A stretch of DNA of 64,000 nt from an uncultured Chloroflexia bacterium (GTDB lineage: Bacteria; Chloroflexota; Limnocylindria; Limnocylindrales; CSP1-4). The stretch covers positions 67,718 through 131,717 of the forward strand of contig CAVTIN010000003.1 in assembly GCA_963734895.1 (NCBI GenBank), written 5' to 3'. The notes under the pieces were generated by a model. It did not search any database. It had not been told where the DNA came from and saw nothing but the letters and a program-made list of their open reading frames with translations. This document shows, piece by piece, positions 46,511-54,495 of this stretch (positions within the stretch are counted from its first letter, which is position 1; the number at the start of each line of letters is the position of its first letter). Made by a program: the position numbers and the translations under genes.

Positions 46511-49422
46511 CTACCAGGCGACAAGCTTCCAGATCTCCGGCTCCAGCTCGCCGGGGTTCCCACCGACCTCGGCGAAGATCGCCACCGCCTGCTTGAGGTG
46601 CGCCATCGCTTCGTCGGTCCTACCCACGGCGTGAAGCTGGTCCGCGAGGCTGTTCTCGACGGCCGCCTCGAGGTGGCGCTCGCCCGTTCGGCGGCACTCC
46701 TCGAGGGCGGCCTCGAGCAGCGCGATCGCGGCAGCCCGATCGCCGGCGGCTGCCTCGACCAGGGCCAGGGCATTGCGGGCCGCGATCGCCGCCCCTGCAT
46801 CCGGATCCGCCTCCGCCAGGGCGAGACTCTGCCCCAGGGACACCCGCGCGGCGTCCAGATCGCCGGTCTCACGAGCAACCAGCCCCAGAATCCGGTGGGC
46901 GGCGCCGGCACCCGGACCGTCCCCGACCGCCTCGGCGATGCCGAGCGCGCGCGACGCGGCGAGGTGGGCAAGGTCGAGCTCGCCCGCGCGGTGGGCCACG
47001 ACAGCCCGCTCGACGAGCGCCCGCGCGAGAAGATGGGCGCCGGTCGCCGTCGCGCCAAGCTCGAGCGTCGCGACCGCCGCGTCCAGGTGGCTGGCCGCCG
47101 TCGCGAGATCGCCTCGGCGAGCGTGAACCCTCCCGAGCCGGAGCTCGACCCTCGGAAGCTCGTCGTCGGACGTCGCCGCTGCGGCGGCCTCGAGCGCCGC
47201 GATGGCGCCCGCGTAGTCACCCAGCGCCATTCGCACCTCGCCGAGCAGGAGCTGGATCTCGGCGACCTCGGGGTGCCCCAGTGCGATCGCGGTCTCAAGG
47301 TGGGCGGCAGCCTCGCGGTTGGCGAACAGCGACACGGGCCTGGACGCCGGCCTGGCGGAAGGCATCAGCCGCCTCCGCCTCCCGGCCCGCCGCACGCTCG
47401 TGGATCGCGACCTGGACAAGGCGGCCGGGGTCGTCCCGGCCCCCGCCCTCGGCCCGGAGGAGCTCGGCGGTCCGACGATGGAGCAGGCGGCGACGGGCGA
47501 GGCTGGTCGCGTCGTACGCGGCGTCGCGGAGCTTGGCGTGCGCGAAGTCGAAGGCGACCTCCGGAGCCGCCGGGAACCTCGCGGACGATGCCGCGCCGGA
47601 CCAGCTCCTCGAGCGCCGTCACGGTCTCGTCCTCGGAGCGTCCGCTCGCTCCTCGGACGAGCGGCAGGTCGAACGAGCGGCCGATCACGGCGGCGGCCGA
47701 CAGCACCTGTCCGGCCGTCTCGCTGACCGTTGCGAGGCGCTCCCGCAACAGCGCCCTCACGCTTCGGGTGGGACCTTCAACGGTGCTCGTGCCGGCAGCG
47801 AGCGCTTCCACGACGAACAGCGGCAGGCCCTCGCTCTCCTCGAGCAACGCGTCCGCCGCCATCGATGGCCCGCCCATCGTCGACGCCGCGGCAACCAGCC
47901 GCTCGACGTCGTCGCCATCGAGCCGCCGGAGGGGGACGGAAACCGCCGACGGCAGGGCGTCGACGGTCGCCGCGAACGCCGAGGCAAGATCGTCGAGATC
48001 CTCGGGCCGCCACGTGAGCAGGAGCAGCAGTGACCGCGATCCTCGAGACGGCGAGCGAGCCAGGCGAGCGCCTCGCGCGACGCGTCGTCCGCCCACTGGA
48101 TGTCCTCCACCGTGATCAGGCCCACCACCGGACCCGCCACCAGGGCGGCCAGCGCGCCGGCGATCGCCTCGAGAAGGCGAGCGCGTGCGGCCGGCCCGTC
48201 CTCCGCCACACCCCGGACGTCCCCTGCACCTCGCGGATCAGAGAGCTCGGCCGGCAGTGGCACCAGACGCCCGAGCTCGTCGAGGGTGTTGGGCGGCAGC
48301 CGTCGAAGACGTTCGATCGCATCCGGATGGCTGAGCCCGACACGGAGCAGCCCGACGATCACGCCGTAGGCGATGCCCGTCTCGGAGGCGAACGATCGCG
48401 CCACGATCACCGCGCCGCCGTGCCGCGCTCACCTCGGCGCCGAGATCTTCGGCGAGCCTCGACTTGCCGATGCCTGCCTCACCGGTGACGTATGCGACCC
48501 GCCCATCGGGGGCGGCGTCGCGGTGCGTATCGCGCAGCACGGTCATCTCGCGGGCTCGCCCGACCAGTGGCAGGCGGCCCGGGGCCGACGGCGCGGGCAC
48601 GAGGCGCGCGCCCACGGGCGGCGGGAGCTCGCCCGGGTCGCCGGTCCGGGCGGCGGTCCGGACACGCTCGTCGCGGATCGCCTCGTACAGCGCTGTCGTC
48701 TCGGCGAGCGGCGTGACGCCCAGCTCGCGCTCCAGACCCGCGACGCACGCACGGTATTGGCGGATGGCGCCGGCCCGGTCCCCGGATCGGGCGAGGAGAA
48801 GCATCAGCCGGCGCTGTGCAGGTTCGTCGAGCGAGTCGAGCTCCAGTCGCCGGGTCGCCGCGGCCACGGCCGCCGGGAGGTCGCCCTCCGCCTCGGCGGA
48901 GCTGGCGAGCCGGTCCAGCACGCGGGCAACGGTCCGTTCCACCGCAACCGCCCGCGTCGCCCGCCAGTCATCGAAATCCGGGCTGTCGCGGAGGGAGAAC
49001 CCGGACAGGAACGGGCCCCGAGCGGCCGAGGACGCCTCACGGAGGGGGGCGCTCGACGTTTCGGCGTCCGCTGCCTCAACGATCGCGAGGTCCATCCACG
49101 TCCCGGTGGCATCGAGCGCGACCGTGGACCGGTCCACCCGCAGCCATCGGTCACCGAGCGCCGACCGCAGCACGGACAAGGTGCGCCGGAGCGCCCCGCG
49201 GGCGGACTCGTCGTCGGACTCGGGCCAGAGCATGGCGGCCAGCGCCTCGCGGGCGAACGGCCGGCGCTCGGTAGCCAGCAGCGCAAGGATCGCGAGGGCC
49301 TTGCGCGTGTCCACGACGAGCGGCGCGCCATCCACCCGCACCTCGAGCGGTCCGAGCACGCGGATCTCGAGCGTGTCGCCCTGCGCGGCCTGGGGAGGGG
49401 GCGGAGCGGCGGGTCGGGACAT
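46511..49422 (-). pseudogene. AfsR/SARP-family regulator (OmpR-type wHTH + BTAD + P-loop NTPase + TPR) broken by four single-nt frameshifts
   Basis: The pieces lie in four frames. (1) LEIRVLGPLEV..BTAD..GEAGIGKSRLAEDLG. (2) VIVARSFASE..VEDIQWADDASREALAWLARRL. (3) LLLLLTWRPEDLDD..LEELVRRGIVREV. (4) VAFDFAHAKLRDAAY.. then the TPR tail ..FANREAAAHLETAIALG..KLVAW. 2912 nt minus a net 2 gives 970 codons. Confidence 0.85.
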
Positions 49423-49424
49423 CA

Positions 49425-49485
49425 CGCGTAACGGTACCGCGGCGTCACGGGATCTCGTAACGTTTCGGGAACGGTTTCGTCCCAG
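49425..49485. promoter_or_regulatory. heptamer-repeat element in the divergent SARP/P2 intergenic region
   Basis: GTAACGG 49428, GTCACGG 49444, GTAACGT 49457 and GGAACGG 49468. The last two are 11 nt apart. CAGCAT (49483-49488) lies 8 nt before the P2 ATG. Confidence 0.5.
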
Positions 49486-49496
49486 CATGCGGTGCC

Positions 49497-50705
49497 ATGA
49501 TCGCGTCCCAGCAACTGCCCGGCCGCGGCCGCCTGGTCTCCAGGGCCGCTCCAGGAAGCCCCTGGATACGGGTTACCGTCGCAATCGCCGGTCTGCTCGC
49601 CGTGGGCGGCACGGTCGCCCGCTTGTCGGGCGATCCGACGGGCTGGCACCTGTCCCTCGTGTTCCTCGCCACATCGCTCAGCTACCTGGTCGTGGGCGCA
49701 CTGATCGTGGAGCGACGGCAGGGCAACGCGGTCGGGCCGCTCGTCCTGGCGCTCGGGCTGCTGCTGGTCGGGTACGTGACCCTCGATGCCTACATCCGCC
49801 AGCCCGCGGGCGCCTTGGCCGCCGCACATGCCGCGCTCGTCGTGAGCCTGACCGACGGCCCGATGTTCTTCCTGGTGGCGATGCTGTTCCTGGCGTTTCC
49901 GGACGGCCACCTGCCGAGCAGCCGCTGGCGGACCCTGGTCGCCCTCGATGGCGCGATGGCCGCGGCCGTCTTCCTGGGCGCGTTGCTGCGGCCCGGTCGC
50001 TACCCGTTCTATACGTGGCTCGAGAACCCGTTCAACCCGCCGATGACGGTCCTGACCGAGGTCTGGGAGCTCACCTACGGGTTGACGGTCGTGGGTGTCG
50101 CTGCGGCGGCGCTTTCGCTCGTCGGGCGCTGGCGACGCGGTGACCTCGTTGAGCGCGCCCAGCTCAAGTGGGTGGCGGGGGCCGCGACGCTGGCGGCTGC
50201 CGCGATGATCGGCTACGGCGCCGGAGCGGGCCCCAGCGACTATTCGGATGCCGGCGACTTCGCCGTGGGCCTGTCGCTCGGCCTCTTTCCCGTCGCCATC
50301 GGGATCGCGGTCCTGCGGTATCGCCTGTACGAGATCGACCGCCTGATCAGCCGAACCCTGGCCTGGGCCCTCGTGACGGCGATCCTGGTGGGGCTGTTTG
50401 CGATCGTGGTCGTCGGCCTCCAGGCGCTTCTTGCCGGGGCGACGCAGGGCGACACGCTGGCGGTCGCGGCATCGACCCTGCTCGCCGCTGCCCTGTTCCA
50501 GCCGCTGCGCGCTCGAGTCCAGCATGCCGTCGACCGGCGCTTCAACCGCTCACGGATCGACGCAGAGCGGACGGTGGCGGAGTTCTCCGATCGCCTCCGC
50601 GACGAGATCGACCTGGACCGGCTGCACGGCGCCGTCATCGCAACCGCTCGCACCGCGGTTCACCCGGCCGGCGCCGGCCTGTGGCTTCGCCGGGAGGCCG
50701 AATGA
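49497..50705 (+). CDS. paralog P2 of the ~10-TM membrane protein family
   Basis: Motifs FPDGHLPSSRWR, VERAQLKW, LRYRLYEIDRLISRT, FQPLRARVQHAVDRRFNRSRID and LWLR. Confidence 0.8.
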   Translation: MIASQQLPGRGRLVSRAAPGSPWIRVTVAIAGLLAVGGTVARLSGDPTGWHLSLVFLATSLSYLVVGALIVERRQGNAVGPLVLALGLLLVGYVTLDAYIRQPAGALAAAHAALVVSLTDGPMFFLVAMLFLAFPDGHLPSSRWRTLVALDGAMAAAVFLGALLRPGRYPFYTWLENPFNPPMTVLTEVWELTYGLTVVGVAAAALSLVGRWRRGDLVERAQLKWVAGAATLAAAAMIGYGAGAGPSDYSDAGDFAVGLSLGLFPVAIGIAVLRYRLYEIDRLISRTLAWALVTAILVGLFAIVVVGLQALLAGATQGDTLAVAASTLLAAALFQPLRARVQHAVDRRFNRSRIDAERTVAEFSDRLRDEIDLDRLHGAVIATARTAVHPAGAGLWLRREAE

Positions 50706-51046
50706 TGGCGACCACCACCGGGCCGGTGCGCAAGGAGCTCGGCATAGGCGCGACGGCGCACGAGACGCTGCCCCGAGCGGTGGCCGTCATCGTCTACGTG
50801 GCACCGGTCGCGGTGCTCATGCTCCTCCTGGGTGGTGCGTGGGCGGGCGGCGCGCTGGCCCGGGACCTGCTGGTCCCGAACCTTGCCTGGGTCATCACGT
50901 CGTGCGGTGCCGACGCGTTCGGTGCCGGGTTGCGCGAGCAGGTCGATCTGGGCGCCGTATCGAAGAGCACCCTCGCGACGGTTGCGCAGGTGATTGAGCC
51001 CTCGGGTGTCGCGCTGTGGCTTCGTTCCGGACGGGGGACACCGTGA
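50702..51046 (+). CDS. mini-paralog: single-TM protein carrying only the family's C-terminal ~45-aa tail
   Basis: Its ATG overlaps the P2 stop (ATGA). The tail DAFGAGLREQVDLGAVSKSTLATVAQVIEPSGVALWLR aligns with DAFAERLRDQVELGEIHGDIHQTVHSTMRPTHVGMWLR of P6. Confidence 0.5.
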   Translation: MMATTTGPVRKELGIGATAHETLPRAVAVIVYVAPVAVLMLLLGGAWAGGALARDLLVPNLAWVITSCGADAFGAGLREQVDLGAVSKSTLATVAQVIEPSGVALWLRSGRGTP

Positions 51047-52269
51047 TCTCGGGCGTGGCGCGCTCCCCCCGACCCAGGCTGGTCGCTGCAGCCAGCATCG
51101 TGTTCACGGGCACGCTGTGCGTGATCGCCCTTGGCCTGCTCGCGGCCACATGGTCGGTGGAGGTCCCGGGCACGTGGTCCGTCCGCGGATTTCCGATCGC
51201 GATCGCGGGCACCTGCGTGGCAATCGGGGCCATCGTCGTGGTCCGGGTGCAGGGAAACCCGATCGGGTGGCTGTTCCTGGCCGCCGCAATCCTGTCGGCG
51301 ATCGAGGGCGCCTGCGATCAGTACGCGACGCTGGCCCTCATCGCCGAGCCGGGCGCCCATGCCGGAGGAGAGGTCGCAGCCTGGGTCGCCGGCTGGATCT
51401 GGATCCCGGCCATCGCGCTGGTGACCGTGTTCCTGCCGCTGGTGTTCCCGGACGGCCGCCTGCTGAACTCGCGTTGGCGTCCGATCGTTTGGCTCGATGG
51501 CGGGGTGGTGGCGCTCGCGACACTGGGTGCCGCCGTGCTGCCGGGACCACTCGACAACGCCGCCTATCTGTCCAATCCATTCTCCGTCGACATCGGCATC
51601 CGGCCCGAGCTGCGGTGGATCGCCTACCTGCCGCTCATCGTCGCCATCTTCATCGGCGCCAGCGCCCTCGTGCTCCGGTTCCGCCGGTCGACCGGGGAGA
51701 GCCGCCAGCAGCTCAAGTGGCTTGCGTTCAGCGTCGCGGTCTGCGGCCTTGTGTTCTGGGCCGTCCCACTGGGCAAGCTCGGCGCCCTTCCACCGGGCGG
51801 CGCCAAGCTCACCGAGATCGTGGTCACGGCGGGCATCCTGGGCATCCCGATCTCGGCCGGTGTCGCGGTCCTCCGCTACCGGCTGTGGGATATCGACCGG
51901 ATCGTCAGCCGCACCATCAGCTACCTGATCATCAGCGCCGTGCTCGCGATCATGTTCGCGGTGACCGTTGTCGGGCTGCAGGAGGTGTTGAGCCCGCTGA
52001 CGGGCCAGAGCACGGTCTCGGTCGCCGCGGCGACCCTGGTCGCCTTCACCCTGTTCCAGCCGTTGCGCCATCGCGTCCAGGCGGCGGTCGACCGCAGGTT
52101 CAATCGGGCGCACATCGATGCCCAGCGCGTCCTTGACGCGTTTGCGGCCGGGCTGCGCGACGATGCGGCCCTCGACACCCTCAGCGCACACCTCGAGACG
52201 GTCGTCGCACGCTCGATGCAGCCCCGGTCGGTCGCCGTCTGGACCCGCGAGGGAGGGACCGCGCGATGA
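51043..52269 (+). CDS. paralog P3 of the ~10-TM membrane protein family
   Basis: GTG 51043 overlaps the upstream stop (GTGA). Motifs GNPIGWLFL, FPDGRLLNSRWR, ESRQQLKW, LRYRLWDIDRIVSRT and VDRRFNRAHID. Confidence 0.8.
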   Translation: MISGVARSPRPRLVAAASIVFTGTLCVIALGLLAATWSVEVPGTWSVRGFPIAIAGTCVAIGAIVVVRVQGNPIGWLFLAAAILSAIEGACDQYATLALIAEPGAHAGGEVAAWVAGWIWIPAIALVTVFLPLVFPDGRLLNSRWRPIVWLDGGVVALATLGAAVLPGPLDNAAYLSNPFSVDIGIRPELRWIAYLPLIVAIFIGASALVLRFRRSTGESRQQLKWLAFSVAVCGLVFWAVPLGKLGALPPGGAKLTEIVVTAGILGIPISAGVAVLRYRLWDIDRIVSRTISYLIISAVLAIMFAVTVVGLQEVLSPLTGQSTVSVAAATLVAFTLFQPLRHRVQAAVDRRFNRAHIDAQRVLDAFAAGLRDDAALDTLSAHLETVVARSMQPRSVAVWTREGGTAR

Positions 52270-52322
52270 GGGCGTTCCGTCCGTTGACGGTGTCGCGCCC
52301 TTGGACTGCCCGGATGGCGATC

Positions 52323-52384
52323 ATCTCAGAGATCGCCGTTGTGGCCGGACGGGACTGGCAGATCTCAGAGATCGCCGTTGTGGC
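52323..52384. promoter_or_regulatory. two copies of a 23-nt element, each with a central palindrome, 39 nt apart, in the P3-P4 gap
   Basis: ATCTCAGAGATCGCCGTTGTGGC occurs at 52323-52345 and 52362-52384. The second copy reads GATCTCAGAGATC, with perfect 6-bp inverted arms. Confidence 0.45.
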
Positions 52385-52459
52385 AGCCGGGACGGTCGCC
52401 CATGCCTTGGGCCCGAACGGAGCTGTGGTCTGGATCCGGCCAACTCGAGGAGGGACTTG

Positions 52460-53650
52460 ATGAGGCTCGGGCGGTGGCGGGTCATCCCGTATCTCATCCT
52501 GGCAGCGCTCGTCCTTGCGCCCTCCGTCTGGGCTGGTCAGGACTGGAGTGGCTGGTTGATCGTGGGCTCGTTCGCAGCCGTGGGCCTGGTCCTGCTCTGG
52601 CAGCGGCCACGAGAGGTCGTCGGCTGGCTCCTCCTGGGCATCGCGGTCGCCTTCTCCGCGCTCGGGGTCAGTCTCCCGGGCTCCGCGTCCCAGGTCGTCG
52701 ACGGCCACGCTGACACGGGAGTCACCATCTACGCCTGGTTGAGCGCGTGGAGCGCGAGCCTCTTCTTCGGCGAGTTCGTCGCGCTGGCGACGCTGTTCCC
52801 GAGCGGGCGGTTCTCGGCGGGGCGGGTCGGCCTGGCAGGGCGGATCGCGGTGGCCATCCCGCTCGGCTTCAGCGCCGTTCTGGCGTTCGCACCGAGCTGG
52901 CAGATGACCTTCACCGACGGGTCGACGGCGCGGGTGCTCCTGCCGTTCGCGGTCATGCCCGACTGGCCCGGCTGGCCGGTGCTGGACAACCTCGTCTACA
53001 TCGGCGTTCTCGCGGCGCTGGTCATCGCCGTCGGGACTCTGATCGTCCGGTTCCGGCGGACGCGCGGCCCGGAGCGCGAGCAGTACAAGTGGCTGCTCGC
53101 CGCGCTCGCGGCGACCCTGGCGGCAGTGATCTTCGCGTTCGCCGTGATCGTCCTTGTCGACGCCAACGGCACTTGGATGTGGTGGCCGGCAGTGCTCGCC
53201 TACCCGACCATCCCGGCCGCGATCGGGATCGCGATCCGCCGCTATCACCTATACGACATCGACCGGATCGTCAGCCGGTCCGTCTCGTACCTCGCGGTCA
53301 CCGGGCTCCTGGCGGCCGTGTTCGGTGGCCTGGTGGTCGCGCTGCAAGCACTGCTGTCGGGCATCACCCAGGGCGGCACCCTTGCCGTGGCAGCTTCCAC
53401 GCTGGCCGCGTTTGCGCTGTTCCAGCCGCTGCGACGGCGAGTCCAGCTGGTGGTCGACCGCCGGTTCGACCGAGCGCGCGTCGACGCCCAGACGACGGTG
53501 GACGCCTTTGCCGAGCACCTGCGCGACGAGCTGGACCTCGCGACCCTGCACGACTCCCTCGTGGCGACGACCCGTGCGGCCATGCGGCCGGCCAGCACCT
53601 CGCTGTGGCTGCGCAACGTTTCGACATCGCAGGTTGCCGAGGTTCCGTAA
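52460..53650 (+). CDS. paralog P4 of the ~10-TM membrane protein family
   Basis: ATG 52460 is preceded by GAGGAGGGA. Motifs PREVVGWLLL, FPSGRFSAGR, PEREQYKW, IRRYHLYDIDRIVSRS and VDRRFDRARVD. Confidence 0.8.
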   Translation: MRLGRWRVIPYLILAALVLAPSVWAGQDWSGWLIVGSFAAVGLVLLWQRPREVVGWLLLGIAVAFSALGVSLPGSASQVVDGHADTGVTIYAWLSAWSASLFFGEFVALATLFPSGRFSAGRVGLAGRIAVAIPLGFSAVLAFAPSWQMTFTDGSTARVLLPFAVMPDWPGWPVLDNLVYIGVLAALVIAVGTLIVRFRRTRGPEREQYKWLLAALAATLAAVIFAFAVIVLVDANGTWMWWPAVLAYPTIPAAIGIAIRRYHLYDIDRIVSRSVSYLAVTGLLAAVFGGLVVALQALLSGITQGGTLAVAASTLAAFALFQPLRRRVQLVVDRRFDRARVDAQTTVDAFAEHLRDELDLATLHDSLVATTRAAMRPASTSLWLRNVSTSQVAEVP

Positions 53651-53779
53651 CGATGTCCGACGCTCGACCACTACTCACCGGACGAAGTCGACCGGGACAG
53701 CGTCGCGAGCCCAACGTGGAGGTTGGCGGGCGGTCACCGAAGCATCATCGCGGCCTCCGACGACGCACGACCGTGGCCT

Positions 53780-53800
53780 CCGTAACGATTTCGGGACGCG
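53780..53800 (+). promoter_or_regulatory. GTAACG-type heptamer pair upstream of the small secreted protein gene
   Basis: CCGTAACGATTTCGGGACGCG contains GTAACGA 53782 and GGGACGC 53793, 11 nt apart. It is near-identical to the P2 core CGTAACGTTTCGGGAACGG. Confidence 0.4.
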
Positions 53801-53861
53801 CGACCGGTTGAATTTGGCCACGCAGCCCGCCCCCTGGAGCTGCCGCAGTTGGAGGCCACCG

Positions 53862-54281
53862 ATGCGTCGCATTCTCGCCCGCTCGATCCTCGCCGGAACG
53901 CTGATCGCCACCATCGGCGCCGGAACCGCGCTCGGACACGAGTGCTTCATCGCCAGCCGGTCGGACACCGGCAATGTGACCGCAGGCACGCACTCGCGCG
54001 CGTGGGTCTACATCGGGAGCCTGTCTGAGCTGTTTGGGCTCCTGGCCGACGATACCGGCCTTCCACCCCTGTCGGACAGCCAGCTCGCGTGGGCTGTCGG
54101 CGAGGCGAGGGCGGCGGGTATGCCGAACGAGTTCTCGATCTTCATCGGCAACCACACCATTGCCGAAGGCACGCCGGCCATGGCCAAGCACGCGGCTGAT
54201 GGCCGGGGGGTCGACCATCTCGGTGACTGGTTCCCCGCGGCGGTCCAGATCTACATGGCGGCCCTCGCTCCTCACGAGTAG
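53862..54281 (+). CDS. small secreted protein, unknown function
   Basis: GGAGG lies 6 nt upstream of the ATG. The signal peptide is MRRILARSILAGTLIATIGAGTALG. The predicted mature N-terminus starts HECF. Confidence 0.65.
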   Translation: MRRILARSILAGTLIATIGAGTALGHECFIASRSDTGNVTAGTHSRAWVYIGSLSELFGLLADDTGLPPLSDSQLAWAVGEARAAGMPNEFSIFIGNHTIAEGTPAMAKHAADGRGVDHLGDWFPAAVQIYMAALAPHE

Positions 54282-54307
54282 GGACTTCGCAGCGGCGATT
54301 GGCAACG

Positions 54308-54343
54308 GGCCAGGCCCTCCCCCCGGGGGACGAGGGCCTGGCC
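54308..54343 (+). terminator. strong GC hairpin after the small secreted protein gene
   Basis: GGCCAGGCCCTC (54308-54319) and GAGGGCCTGGCC (54332-54343) are perfect 12-bp arms. There is no T-tract, which is common in high-GC actinobacteria. Confidence 0.55.
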
Positions 54344-54429
54344 GCGTCCCCAGCGGCCGTCAGGGTTGCCCCAGCGGCCGACCATGGTGATCAGGAGACG
54401 CGCGAGGCATCCGCGCAGGAGGTCCACCG

Positions 54430-54495
54430 ATGCCAATGAACGAGGCGCCTGTGGCGCGCCAGCCGAAGCAGCGGCTCAACCGCAGCCGACGATGA
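54430..54495 (+). CDS. possible 21-codon leader ORF translationally coupled to P5
   Basis: AGGAGG (54417-54422) lies 7 nt before ATG 54430. The peptide is MPMNEAPVARQPKQRLNRSRR. Its TGA overlaps the P5 ATG (ATGA at 54492-54495). Confidence 0.3.
   Translation: MPMNEAPVARQPKQRLNRSRR

Noticed and set aside
44293-49496. Reading the conserved upstream block as an ECF-type (GGAAC-N16-18-CGT) or SigB/SigF-type (GTTT-N15-17-GGGTA) promoter.
   Set aside because: GGAAC is present. However, the nearest CGT-type -10 would sit on or within a few nt of the start codon in P1 and is wrongly spaced in P2. No GGGTA-like -10 exists at the right spacing after GTT(T/C). The direct-repeat operator reading fits better.
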